From: a virus
Virus record (IMG/VR): IMGVR_UViG_3300017424_000001
Location: 1-45,960 of that record
Direction: 5' to 3' (one strand)
DNA length: 45,960 bases
Positions 25,230-34,120 of this stretch are shown here, in pieces. How positions within the stretch are numbered: position 1 is the stretch's first letter; every line of letters starts with the position of its first letter. The notes beneath the pieces were generated by a model. The model searched no databases. It saw only the letters and a program-made list of their open reading frames with translations, and had not been told where the DNA came from. The position numbers and the translations under genes are program-made.

Positions 25230-25451
25230 TCAGTTCAACTTGAATCCAGACCCCTTGAAGGCACTCCTTACCACGTCGGTCGCGTGCTTCTGGGCTTCAG
25301 CCATGGCCCGCTTCTTTAACGCGCCAACGTCCACGATCTCTTCACCGCAACCCTCGCAACGAGCGTTGTCAGTATCTGCAGCGTCTTCTTCCCAAACAAT
25401 CCGCCCGTTGCATTTCGGGCACCGGAATTTCGCAGTGATCGTGTCGGCCAT
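25230..25451 (-). CDS. Zinc-ribbon small protein, opposite-strand moron
   Basis: ORF track. CPKCNG...CEGCG followed by a basic/helical tail. Confidence 0.6.
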   Translation of the reverse strand: MADTITAKFRCPKCNGRIVWEEDAADTDNARCEGCGEEIVDVGALKKRAMAEAQKHATDVVRSAFKGSGFKLN

Positions 25452-25468
25452 GGCGTGATCCCAGATGA

Positions 25469-25480
25469 TGACGGCGGCAA
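25469..25480 (+). promoter_or_regulatory. Late-junction motif copy TGACGGCGGCAA
   Basis: In the divergent gap. 32 nt upstream of the SD-less ATG 25512. Confidence 0.4.
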
Positions 25481-25511
25481 CATACCCGTATTCGGCCAGC
25501 GATTACCAGTC

Positions 25512-25919
25512 ATGCCTATGAACGGTCGCAAGGCCCATATCGCGCGCCTGAAACGCCTCTCGGGCGGGTCGACGGAGCGCGAGGTAGGTAGGGCGCTATT
25601 TGCAGGCGGCGATCTAATCAAGGTGGCAGCTCAGATCAGCCTTACTACCGGCGCAACAAGCGGCAAGTTCCACACGCCATCGGCGCCGGGTTCCGCCCCT
25701 AATCAAGACACTGGCGTGCTCGGCAACAATATCGAGAACGTGCAGGTTGAACCGCTACTGGTCGAGGTGTCGAGCAACGCAGAATACTCGACGCCGCTCG
25801 AGTTCGGGACCAGCCGCATGGAAGCCCGGCCTTTCATGGCGCCAGCGCGCGACCTGGAACGCGGTAATGTGGAGCGACTGGTCGTCGAGGCCGTCAAGCG
25901 CGTAGCAAGGAGGACATAG
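25512..25919 (+). CDS. HK97 gp10-family tail component
   Basis: ORF 25455..25919 trimmed to ATG 25512, because the divergent neighbour starts at 25451. Contains the EFGTSRMEARPFMAPA motif of the gp10 family. Confidence 0.7.
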   Translation: MPMNGRKAHIARLKRLSGGSTEREVGRALFAGGDLIKVAAQISLTTGATSGKFHTPSAPGSAPNQDTGVLGNNIENVQVEPLLVEVSSNAEYSTPLEFGTSRMEARPFMAPARDLERGNVERLVVEAVKRVARRT

Positions 25920-25920
25920 C

Positions 25921-26364
25921 ATGGCAGGCGACCTGATACGCGAGGTGCGTCGTGGCACGCTGAGCCGTCTCAAGGCGGACGCAGCATCGGTGGCTCTTGT
26001 GCCGGTAGCCAACATGCACCCCAGCACTACCCCTCCAACGCCCGCGTGGCCGTTCTCGCGCATGGACTCTTTCCAGTCATCGGCACTCGACGTCTCATGC
26101 GCGGCCGGCGCAACCGTCACATTCCAGCTGCATGCGTTCGCCAAGCCGAAGATGCAGGGGCAGTCTGTCTTGGATACCGCGGAGGACCAAGCATCGCGGA
26201 TGGCCACGGCATTCAAGATCGCTGTCCACAACAAGCGCGTCGCGATCGATGGAGGCGCGTCAGCCAGGCTCAAGGTGCGATCTGTTCGACTGCTGCGTGA
26301 TGGGGACGAAGAATCCGCCTATCATGCCATTTTATCCGTGGAAGCCCGGGTGCTGGCGGCGTAG
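25921..26364 (+). CDS. DUF3168-type tail terminator/completion protein
   Basis: ORF track, 147 aa. Position and pattern (LSRLKADAASVALV...) fit DUF3168. Confidence 0.6.
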   Translation: MAGDLIREVRRGTLSRLKADAASVALVPVANMHPSTTPPTPAWPFSRMDSFQSSALDVSCAAGATVTFQLHAFAKPKMQGQSVLDTAEDQASRMATAFKIAVHNKRVAIDGGASARLKVRSVRLLRDGDEESAYHAILSVEARVLAA

Positions 26365-26387
26365 GCCATGATCGGGTAAGCAGAGGC

Positions 26388-26618
26388 ATGGACGAGACAG
26401 CTCTGACCGCTCTTCTCACGCAGATGATCCGAAACGGGATCATTGACGAAGGCACGGTCCATGATGCGGCCGACGAATGCGAGGCAAGCGATCAGCCGAT
26501 CGCAGCTCACCAGCTTCGGTGCCTGATTGTCGAGGCTGACGCCCAGCCGGCTACTGAGCGCCATCGGGCGGCAGTCCGCGCTACGCTCACCCCGATTGAC
26601 GGCGGTAAAGCCTCCTAG
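26388..26618 (+). CDS. Hypothetical protein
   Basis: ORF track, 76 aa. Confidence 0.45.
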   Translation: MDETALTALLTQMIRNGIIDEGTVHDAADECEASDQPIAAHQLRCLIVEADAQPATERHRAAVRATLTPIDGGKAS

Positions 26619-26659
26619 CTGCCAAACCTAGGCTCTCGGCAGAACCCCGAGGAGCCGCC

Positions 26660-27112
26660 ATGTCCGTCCCCAACGAACCCGACTATATCGTCGTCCAGGT
26701 GAAGGTCGGATCGGTCTACACCACCCTTTGCGGCATCGAGTCCGCGACCGTGAACAAGACGGTCAACACCACCGACCGTTTCCGCCGTGATTGCGCTACG
26801 CCAGCAGCGATCCCAGGGCGCAAGGTTCGCGTCAACAATCAGCAGTGGGACGTGACGGGCTCAGGTCTGGTCAATGTTGATCAGATGGACCTCTACGAGA
26901 ACACGCTCGGCGCGCACTCGGACTTCCGCATGCTTTACGGCCAGTACGATAACGCCCTGACGGACGGCGTTCGCACCGGCACGATCGTCGGCTATCGCGA
27001 CGGCCGCGGTGTCATGACGGCTGCGAATGAAACGCTGGGTGAAGAAGGCACGGCCGAGTTCACGATTGCAGGCGAAGACGGCCTGAGCTGGACTGCCGGC
27101 GCACCTGCATGA
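26660..27112 (+). CDS. Major tail (tube) protein, TP901-1/GTA type
   Basis: GAGGAG SD. IVVQVKVGSVYTTLCGIESATVNKTVNTTD... is typical of Phage_tail_2/GTA major tail proteins. Confidence 0.75.
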   Translation: MSVPNEPDYIVVQVKVGSVYTTLCGIESATVNKTVNTTDRFRRDCATPAAIPGRKVRVNNQQWDVTGSGLVNVDQMDLYENTLGAHSDFRMLYGQYDNALTDGVRTGTIVGYRDGRGVMTAANETLGEEGTAEFTIAGEDGLSWTAGAPA

Positions 27113-27561
27113 CGTCGCCCGGCGCTGAGCGTAGCGTGCTGCTGCAGTTTGGCGGTGGCCGCTATCGCTTCTTCCTGCCCATGAAGGGGATCGTCGAGGT
27201 CGAACGGCTGTGCAAGAAGCCAATCGGCGTTCTGTACGACGAGTTGAGCGGGTCTATCGGGCTCGAAAAAGACACGGAAAACCCCGTCTACCTGATCGGC
27301 GGAACGGCCAGCATCACCGACGCCTACCACCTGATCCGCAAGGCTGCAGAGTATGGTGGTCAAGCGGAGATTTCGGGCGAGACGGTCACGGTCTCATCGA
27401 TCGATGCCGCCAACCTCGTTGATGAGTATGTAGACGGCAAGGACTACGACGAGTTCATGCCCGTTGCGTGGGCAATCGTTCGCCACACGCTGTCCGGCGC
27501 TACGCTCAAAAAAAAAGCCGAGGAGGCGCGGTTGAAGCGGTTAGCCGAGGTCACGTCCTAG
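27109..27561 (+). CDS. Tail assembly chaperone (GTA-like), 0-frame product
   Basis: ATGA overlap. Position fits between the tube and tape measure genes. Contains the A9 slippery run near its 3-prime end. Confidence 0.7.
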   Translation: MTSPGAERSVLLQFGGGRYRFFLPMKGIVEVERLCKKPIGVLYDELSGSIGLEKDTENPVYLIGGTASITDAYHLIRKAAEYGGQAEISGETVTVSSIDAANLVDEYVDGKDYDEFMPVAWAIVRHTLSGATLKKKAEEARLKRLAEVTS

Positions 27562-27719
27562 CATCGTGCGGGCAGTTGGGCCTGGACTGGGGCGATGTGA
27601 CGCTCGGCGAGTTTCTGGAAGCCGTCGAGGCGCATAACGAAACGGGGCAGCCCGATAAGCCGGAACCCGCCTCGTCAGATTTCCGCGAGTTCATGAAAGC
27701 GCAGTTCAAGCGGGTCTAG
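27507..27719 (+). CDS. -1 frame extension of the tail assembly chaperone (GTA g10.1/TIGR02216-like segment)
   Basis: Frame of ORF 27468..27719. LGLDWGDVTLGEFLEAVEAHNE resembles the small GTA tail-chaperone-associated family. No good independent start or SD. Confidence 0.5.
   Translation, partial: QKKSRGGAVEAVSRGHVLASCGQLGLDWGDVTLGEFLEAVEAHNETGQPDKPEPASSDFREFMKAQFKRV
27508..27516 (+). other. Slippery A9 run, candidate -1 programmed frameshift site
   Basis: AAA AAA AAA (K134-K136) in the 0 frame. The -1 frame stays open to 27719. Confidence 0.6.
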
Positions 27720-27726
27720 CAGACCC
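27712..27726. terminator. Hairpin at the convergent gene junction (possible bidirectional terminator)
   Basis: GGGTCT-agc-AGACCC. Both convergent stop codons lie in the shared CTAG. No flanking T-tract. Confidence 0.3.
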
Positions 27727-28117
27727 TGTCCCAAAGCTTGTCCATCTCCCCGCGTGGCATCTGTTCGTCCAGTGCTGTGATGGTGCCGGAGATGAAACGC
27801 TGCCGCCCTGTCATGCCGCCAAAACCGTTCTTGGAGTTGACATAGCCGCAGACGGCCGGCGCCGGGGAGGCGTGCACGACCAAGTCGGAGAACGACGCGG
27901 ACTCCGGATCCTTGAGCATTGCCCGAACCTCACGCTCTGCACGGATCTTCATTAAGTCGGGGTTCGGCGCAGCAGGCGCGGTTGGCGTTCTAGCCGGGGT
28001 CGGAGTTTCTACAGCAGGCGCAGCCTCTCGATTGAATGCGCGGTCAACGACCACCAGGCCAAGCACCGCAGCGCCAACGATCAGGATCGTATTCCGGTGG
28101 CCCGTATCGCTAGCCAT
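27716..28117 (-). CDS. Membrane-anchored periplasmic protein, opposite-strand moron (candidate superinfection-exclusion factor)
   Basis: ORF 27716..28159 trimmed to ATG 28117 (AAGGAGG 5 nt upstream). N-terminal TM ILIVGAAVLGLVVV, a Pro/Ala/Thr linker, then MLKDPESASFSDL...VCGYVNSKNGFGGMTG. Confidence 0.65.
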   Translation of the reverse strand: MASDTGHRNTILIVGAAVLGLVVVDRAFNREAAPAVETPTPARTPTAPAAPNPDLMKIRAEREVRAMLKDPESASFSDLVVHASPAPAVCGYVNSKNGFGGMTGRQRFISGTITALDEQMPRGEMDKLWDRVC

Positions 28118-28188
28118 GATGCCTCCTTGGCGGCGGTAAGCGCGCAGCTTGCCACACACTAGCCCTAAGCGGCAAGGAGCCTGCGCGC

Positions 28189-30417
28189 ATGCCTCAAATC
28201 GATCCTGTTATCCTTCAGCTTCGCGCGGACGTGAAACAGTACCAGAACGAGATCAGGGCTGCGACCGTGCTGGTCAGTAACCAGCTGGACCGCCAGGAGC
28301 GCTCCATCTTATCACTCGAGCAGCAGACCGAGCGCTCGACAGCACGGATCGGCGAGCGGTTCTCGTCGATGGGCCAGCGTATTGCCGGGTTCGTCGGAGG
28401 TTTCGCGCTGGGTGCCGTCGTCCGGGAGATGGCATCGTTGGCGGACCAGTCGAAGCAGCTTGAAAGCCAGCTCAGGCTTGCCACAGCGACGTTCGGTACG
28501 TTCGGCAAGGCACAGACCGACGTTCAGCGTATTTCGGAGCTGACGAGGGGATCGCTGGAGGCAACGACCAAGCTTTATGCCGGGTTCATCCGCGCATCGC
28601 AGGAAACCGGCCGCACGCAGGGCGATGCAGCGCGGGCAACACAGACGTTCGCCGAAGCTCTTAAGATTGGCGGCGCTGGCGCGGAGGAGGCCGCATCGGC
28701 CACCCTCCAGTTTAATCAGGCTCTGCAGTCGGGTGTTCTGCGCGGCGACGAATTTAACAGCATCATGGAGGCAAGCCCGCGGATCGCGCGCCTGCTCGCG
28801 GAGTCGCTGGGTGTGCCGATCGGCCAGCTACGGGCGATGGCCGAGCAGGGCAAGATTACGTCTGACGTCCTGTTCCGCGCCCTCACTGACCGCAAATTCA
28901 CCGCGGGCATTGATGCTGAGTTCAAGCAAGTGCCGGTGACGTTCGGCGACGCCATGCAGGTCATCGAGAATGCCGCGGTGACGACGTTCGGCAAGTTCGA
29001 CCAGGGCGGGCAGTTCTCCAACGCGCTTGTCGCCTTCCTCGGGACCGGCACGTCGACTTTTCAAGGACTGACCAGCAAAGCTGAGCAATTCGGCGCTGAT
29101 ACACGCGCAGTCTTTGATGGACTCGGAAACGTATTTGATCCGCTAGATGCTGGGGCGGCACTTGTCTTTGATGCCCTCGGTATCCGCATCTATAGCGTTC
29201 GTGAGCAGATCGCGTCTCTGCTCACCAGTTTTGACGGCTTCCTGAATATCGACGCCAACATTGAGAATGCATTCAAGCGAGGCCTCAACCGGGCTATAGA
29301 CCGCGCAGGCGGCGGTAAGAAGTTTGAGATGTCGGCAATCTCAAACCTAGGCGGAAACTTTAAAGCCGGTGCCCGAGTAAGTTCGGCGCGTAGCCGTGTC
29401 GATGCATCAGCAAGGCGGCTGGAGGGGCTTGGCTATGTCGTGCCTCGCAATGCGGACGGTTCCGTCAACGAGGCTGGCATTGTGCGTCGGCCGATAGCGG
29501 CGCCGCGCGCATCGGCCCCTGCGGCGAGTGCATCGGGAGGCGCGAGCGCTAGGCCGCGCGCGTCGGGTGGCGGGCGGGTCCGGAGCCGTGCCACGGAGGA
29601 CGTCGACAGCGCAGGAAGCCTGATCGCAGCCATCCGGAAGGACTTGCTGTCGATCGAGCAGCGAGGCGGCACGCTCATCCGCACGGAGGCCGAGGATCTT
29701 GAGCGGTCATCCAAGAACTTCCGTTCGGTGTTCGGCGAAGAGGGGCAATCGGCGCTGGACAACATCTCGAAGGAATATGACCGGGCTCGCGACGCCGAAG
29801 TCGAGGCCAAGACGGATGCAGAGGATCGCGCGCAGGATCTCCGTGAGCGCAACGTGTACCAACTCGCCGGCCTGTATGAATCGCTGTTCCAAGAGGGGAC
29901 GGATGGGCTTTGGCGTAACTTTAAGGATCAAGGCCTTCGGACTCTCGCGCTAGTAGCCGCACAGGCGACGATTGCCAGCTTTAGCAAGGGCGGCGGGGGG
30001 CTTGGTTCTCTATTCGGCAATCTGAACAAAGGTCTTGGTGCGGCTTTCGGCGCTGGTGCATCGGGCCCCCTTTCACTCTTTGGCCGTGCATCCGGGGGAT
30101 ATGTTTCTCCTGGGCAAACCGTACGCGTAAATGAGGGGCGCGGGGCCGGCGTCGAGTTGTTGCGTATGGGCTCGCAAGGCGGGACCGTTATCCCACTCGG
30201 CCAAACGCGAGCCGCGCAACGGGGCGGCGGGACGACGGTGATGCAGACCATCCAAGTCGACGCACGCGGCTCTGTGATGAACGACAAGTTCGCTAGCCAG
30301 ATTCTCGCTCAGGCTGACGGTAACGCCCGGCAAGTGATCAGCGCGAACAATGGCGCCATCCGCAAGAGCTACCCAGCGACTGCAGATCGTTTCGGCAAGC
30401 TTGGCACCGTAGGCTGA
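28189..30417 (+). CDS. Tape measure protein
   Basis: 742 aa. N-terminal tape-measure domain pattern (...LQFNQALQSGVLRGDEFNSIMEASPRIARLLAESLGV...). AAGGAG SD. Confidence 0.9.
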   Translation: MPQIDPVILQLRADVKQYQNEIRAATVLVSNQLDRQERSILSLEQQTERSTARIGERFSSMGQRIAGFVGGFALGAVVREMASLADQSKQLESQLRLATATFGTFGKAQTDVQRISELTRGSLEATTKLYAGFIRASQETGRTQGDAARATQTFAEALKIGGAGAEEAASATLQFNQALQSGVLRGDEFNSIMEASPRIARLLAESLGVPIGQLRAMAEQGKITSDVLFRALTDRKFTAGIDAEFKQVPVTFGDAMQVIENAAVTTFGKFDQGGQFSNALVAFLGTGTSTFQGLTSKAEQFGADTRAVFDGLGNVFDPLDAGAALVFDALGIRIYSVREQIASLLTSFDGFLNIDANIENAFKRGLNRAIDRAGGGKKFEMSAISNLGGNFKAGARVSSARSRVDASARRLEGLGYVVPRNADGSVNEAGIVRRPIAAPRASAPAASASGGASARPRASGGGRVRSRATEDVDSAGSLIAAIRKDLLSIEQRGGTLIRTEAEDLERSSKNFRSVFGEEGQSALDNISKEYDRARDAEVEAKTDAEDRAQDLRERNVYQLAGLYESLFQEGTDGLWRNFKDQGLRTLALVAAQATIASFSKGGGGLGSLFGNLNKGLGAAFGAGASGPLSLFGRASGGYVSPGQTVRVNEGRGAGVELLRMGSQGGTVIPLGQTRAAQRGGGTTVMQTIQVDARGSVMNDKFASQILAQADGNARQVISANNGAIRKSYPATADRFGKLGTVG

Positions 30418-30426
30418 CGGCGGCAA
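30415..30426 (+). promoter_or_regulatory. Late-junction motif copy TGACGGCGGCAA
   Basis: Embeds the tape-measure stop TGA. 33 nt upstream of the SD-less ATG 30459. TAGCGT at 30447-30452. Confidence 0.4.
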
Positions 30427-30458
30427 GCATCGCGCCTACGCAAATCTAGCGTCCGCGC

Positions 30459-31184
30459 ATGGCGCTGCGCGTATTCCATCCCTGCCAGTTCGGTTTCGAG
30501 AACCAAGACGTTCGGGTTGACGGCACGACTGTGTCAGGCGGCGTGTCCATCTCCGGGTATGAAGATGTTGTCCGGATCGACGGCGGAGGCATCTGGAGGG
30601 CAGACTTCTCGGAAGCGGACTTCGGTGATCGCAGCGAGCTAGGGCGGGCTGAGACACTATCATGGCGAGCCCTAAACGCTGGAATGCTGGGTGGTTCGGT
30701 CGCGGTAGTCGTCGACTTCTGCGACAGGTTGCATCAGCCGGTTTTGGATGCGGTCGAAGTTCCGCACAGCGATGGCACCCTGTTCTCAGATAACACCCTT
30801 TACCGTTCCTCGGGCGCTGAATGCACCGTCGTAACGGTTGTCAACGGTCAGGCAGCAGGTAATCGAGCAACCGTCCTGGACATCCGCATAGTATCAGAGC
30901 GCGCGTTGATCGGTGGCGAGCGCTTCTCTTATATCGGCGCAAATGGCTGGGGTGAGCGCGCAGCCGAGATCTACGAGATCGAAGGCCGGCCCGATGGAAT
31001 CACACGCGTAACCCTGCAGCCGCCTATCCGAGGTGGCGTGGCAGCTGGCGACGCGCTCGATTTTGACAGGGTCCGGTGCCGGATGCGCCGAACCTCTGCA
31101 GCGTCCAACCCGCTCAACATGGGCGCGTTCTCTTCGGCTTCGATCAGCTTCCAAGAAGACATGCGCCCTCCGGTGCAAGCGTGA
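30459..31184 (+). CDS. Putative distal tail protein
   Basis: Position immediately after the tape measure gene. 241 aa. Confidence 0.4.
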   Translation: MALRVFHPCQFGFENQDVRVDGTTVSGGVSISGYEDVVRIDGGGIWRADFSEADFGDRSELGRAETLSWRALNAGMLGGSVAVVVDFCDRLHQPVLDAVEVPHSDGTLFSDNTLYRSSGAECTVVTVVNGQAAGNRATVLDIRIVSERALIGGERFSYIGANGWGERAAEIYEIEGRPDGITRVTLQPPIRGGVAAGDALDFDRVRCRMRRTSAASNPLNMGAFSSASISFQEDMRPPVQA

Positions 31185-31717
31185 ACCGAAACGTTCTCGT
31201 ACGCATTGATACGCCAGAGCCGGCGCGATTGTGGACGGGTAGCGGCGACCTTTGGATCCCGGCCGACGACATCGAGGAACAGGCTTCGCTGTACCTTGGG
31301 GGCGGCGAGATCATCGGCGGGCTGGACGAGATCGAGCAGCTTATGAACGGGCTGGCGACACGGCTCGACTTGGCAGTGTCGGGTGTCACCGCTGAGACCA
31401 CAAGGATTTTCCTAGAAGAGAGCGACGACCTCAAGCGGGCGCTCGTCGATATAGGCGTCGTGCAGTTCGATGACCTTTGGCAGGTCACCGGAGTAGTGTG
31501 GAAGGCTAGTTACCGGATCGACAAGCCTTCCGTGTCCCGCGATGCGTCGCAGCGTGCGATTGGCCTCTCAATGGGATCCGACGATACTGGCCGGTCGCGT
31601 AGGGCGGGGCGGTATTGGACGCACTCGGACCAACAGCGCGTATCGCCGGGCGATCTCAAGTTTGACCACGTCTCCGGGATTAACGCCGGCACCTCGCGCC
31701 CGTTCGGCCCGAAGTGA
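31181..31717 (+). CDS. Putative tail hub/baseplate component
   Basis: GTG 31181 (GTGA overlap), in frame with ORF 31076..31717. Confidence 0.35.
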   Translation: MNRNVLVRIDTPEPARLWTGSGDLWIPADDIEEQASLYLGGGEIIGGLDEIEQLMNGLATRLDLAVSGVTAETTRIFLEESDDLKRALVDIGVVQFDDLWQVTGVVWKASYRIDKPSVSRDASQRAIGLSMGSDDTGRSRRAGRYWTHSDQQRVSPGDLKFDHVSGINAGTSRPFGPK

Positions 31718-32112
31718 TGCGGATCGGCGAATATCTCTCGCAGGACCGACCCGCTTGGGATTGGGTCACGCTGGACTGTTGCCGCTGGGTTGATAGCTGG
31801 GTTGTCCTGCAAGGCCATGCCAGCCCGATGGCGGGGATTGGTGTCGAGTACGACAGCGAGCGCTCAGCATTGCGCAGGATCGCGGAGGGCGGGGGACTCG
31901 CGGCTCTATGGTCTGCTGGCATGTCGGCGGTCGGCATAGAGCCTGCAGAACTTGGTCAGCTTCGACCCGGCGACGTCGCGGTGATCCAACGCGCGACCTC
32001 CTGCGGGACGAACGAGGCAGCGGCGATCTGGACTGGAGAACGGTGGGCGACGCTCGGCCTGCGTGGGCTCGACTTCGGTCCAGCCGAAACATTGGCGGTG
32101 TGGCATGTCTAA
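31714..32112 (+). CDS. NlpC/P60-like (GTA g14-like) cell-wall peptidase of the tail
   Basis: WDWVTLDCCRWVDSWV holds a candidate catalytic Cys. Size and position match the GTA g14 analogue. Confidence 0.45.
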   Translation: MMRIGEYLSQDRPAWDWVTLDCCRWVDSWVVLQGHASPMAGIGVEYDSERSALRRIAEGGGLAALWSAGMSAVGIEPAELGQLRPGDVAVIQRATSCGTNEAAAIWTGERWATLGLRGLDFGPAETLAVWHV

Positions 32113-34111
32113 GACACTCGGGTCCATCTTGCAGATTGCCGGGCTCGCGGCACTGGCGTCCGTCGCCGTCCTGTCCGGCGTAGGCATCGCTGGCGGGTTC
32201 ACCGTTGCACAATCCCTCAGCGGTGCAGTCTACGGACTATCGACCGCCCTAGGCGTGTCTACGGCTATCATCACCAGCGCAGCGCTGATCGGTCTGCAAT
32301 CCTTGGCTGGTTCGCTCTCCAGCTCGCCAAAGGCCGAAACAACTACCACGGCCATCAAGACCGAGCGCCCGCCGCGGTTCGCAGCATATGGGGAGCTGAA
32401 GTTGTTCGGCGCCTACATCCTGTATGAAACAGCGAGCGACGGTACGGCTGTCGACGAATGGGCATTCCATGAGGGCCGCATCGACGCGATCACCGGCTGG
32501 TATCTAGGCGACAAGGCCGTCACGCGACTGTCGAACGGTTTCGTCCAGAGAGGGGATGATGGCTCGTTCGGCGATAGCGATGTTGTCCAGATCGGGGCTA
32601 ATCTTGGTGCGGCCATTGAGACCGCCCACGCACCGCTGATCGCTAAGCTGCCAGGCATTGTCACTGCCAACCACCGAGGCGATGGAGTCGTGACCGGCTA
32701 CCAAATCTCCAATGCGGTGAAGGCCGCGAACTACCAGAAGGTCTACCCTTCGGGCGGCCCCAATGCGACTCCCCTCGCACTGGTTATCCGTGCACAACCT
32801 GTGTTCGATTGGCGTGACCCCTCGCAATCGGTGGCAGATCCGCTTTCGTGGAAGTGGTCGGCGAACAGCTGGCTGCATATCGCGCACTACAAGCTGGTGC
32901 GCGAGGCTGTCGGCCCCACGCGGCCACCTTCTGACCCTGCATACTGGAGCGATCTCGCAGCGCTCTACACGGCACGATGGGCGCGCCTGATCGCGCCTAC
33001 CGTCCAATACTGGACCGCAGCTGCCGATGATGCAGACATAGCGGTCCCGTTGCGCGACGGGGGCACCGAGCCACGGTATCGCTCATGCGTCAGCCATCGG
33101 CTTGCCGGCGACGGATCCGAGCATCGCTCTGTGCTAGCCTCCATGCTGGCGACCTGCGACGGTATGCTGGCATCGCGTCACGACGGTGCCCTGATTGCAC
33201 GCCCCGGCCGCTACTATACCCCGACCGTCAGCATTGGCCCCGACCAGATCGTAAGCTACACGGTCGAGAGCGGGATTGAAGACGAGAACGCGCTGAACCA
33301 GCTGAACGTCACCTACCTTTCCGCAGCGCACGACTGGAACACGGTCGACACCGACGCCTGGATTGACGAGGACGACATACTGGCGCGTGGGGCAGTCCGA
33401 TCGGATGACTTCAGCCCGCAGACACCTAGCCATAGCCAGAACCGCCGCCTGGCGAAGCGTAAGGTCGCGCAGGTCATGGCGCCAAAGCGAGGCACGTTCA
33501 CGGCCCTGTCGAGCGCGGCGGACATGCTCGGAGAGCGGTTCGTTGCCGCGCTATTTGGCGAGTCCATCGGCACGGCAGACGAGTTCATCGCGTACACAGG
33601 CCCGATCGAGATAACGCAGCTGTCGCAGAATCTTCTGACCGGCATGTTCTCGGGCTCGTGGATTGCTGCCGACGTCCACATCGATGCTTGGAACCCAGCG
33701 ACTGAGGAAGGTGACCCGGCGCCCGTAGGCGAGCGGGTCGCGCGTGAACCGCTTGATACGCCAACCATCATCTCTGCAACTGCTGTGTACAGCGCGGTAG
33801 GCACAACTCCCGAAGGCGATGAGCCGGTAGACCCGACACCCGGCCAGACTGCGACAGGCGCCCGTGTCCTAATAGCCGCGGACGGGCCAGATCGCGCGGA
33901 CATCACATGGTATGCGCGCTGGCGTGTAGGCGTATCCGGATCCTGGAACGAGCGCGAGTATGCCGACGCAGACCCCGGGCCGGCGGTATCGTTCACAACC
34001 GAGTTCGTCCCGCTCGCAAGCAACATCAACGTCGAGGTGGCGTATTCTGTCGGCGATGGCCGACTGTCTGACTGGTCCGATCCAACTGTAGTCGACACCA
34101 CAACGGCCTGA
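32105..34111 (+). CDS. Host-specificity/central tail fibre protein (Phage-tail_3, GTA g15-like)
   Basis: ORF 32063..34111 trimmed to ATG 32105. N-terminal hydrophobic segment, then ...PPRFAAYGELKLFGAYILYE..., as in GTA/lambda J-like proteins. Confidence 0.65.
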   Translation: MSKTLGSILQIAGLAALASVAVLSGVGIAGGFTVAQSLSGAVYGLSTALGVSTAIITSAALIGLQSLAGSLSSSPKAETTTTAIKTERPPRFAAYGELKLFGAYILYETASDGTAVDEWAFHEGRIDAITGWYLGDKAVTRLSNGFVQRGDDGSFGDSDVVQIGANLGAAIETAHAPLIAKLPGIVTANHRGDGVVTGYQISNAVKAANYQKVYPSGGPNATPLALVIRAQPVFDWRDPSQSVADPLSWKWSANSWLHIAHYKLVREAVGPTRPPSDPAYWSDLAALYTARWARLIAPTVQYWTAAADDADIAVPLRDGGTEPRYRSCVSHRLAGDGSEHRSVLASMLATCDGMLASRHDGALIARPGRYYTPTVSIGPDQIVSYTVESGIEDENALNQLNVTYLSAAHDWNTVDTDAWIDEDDILARGAVRSDDFSPQTPSHSQNRRLAKRKVAQVMAPKRGTFTALSSAADMLGERFVAALFGESIGTADEFIAYTGPIEITQLSQNLLTGMFSGSWIAADVHIDAWNPATEEGDPAPVGERVAREPLDTPTIISATAVYSAVGTTPEGDEPVDPTPGQTATGARVLIAADGPDRADITWYARWRVGVSGSWNEREYADADPGPAVSFTTEFVPLASNINVEVAYSVGDGRLSDWSDPTVVDTTTA

Positions 34112-34120
34112 CGGCGGCAA
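34109..34120 (+). promoter_or_regulatory. Late-junction motif copy TGACGGCGGCAA
   Basis: Embeds the stop TGA of the host-specificity gene. 34 nt upstream of the SD-less ATG 34154. TAGCCT at 34141-34146. Confidence 0.4.
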
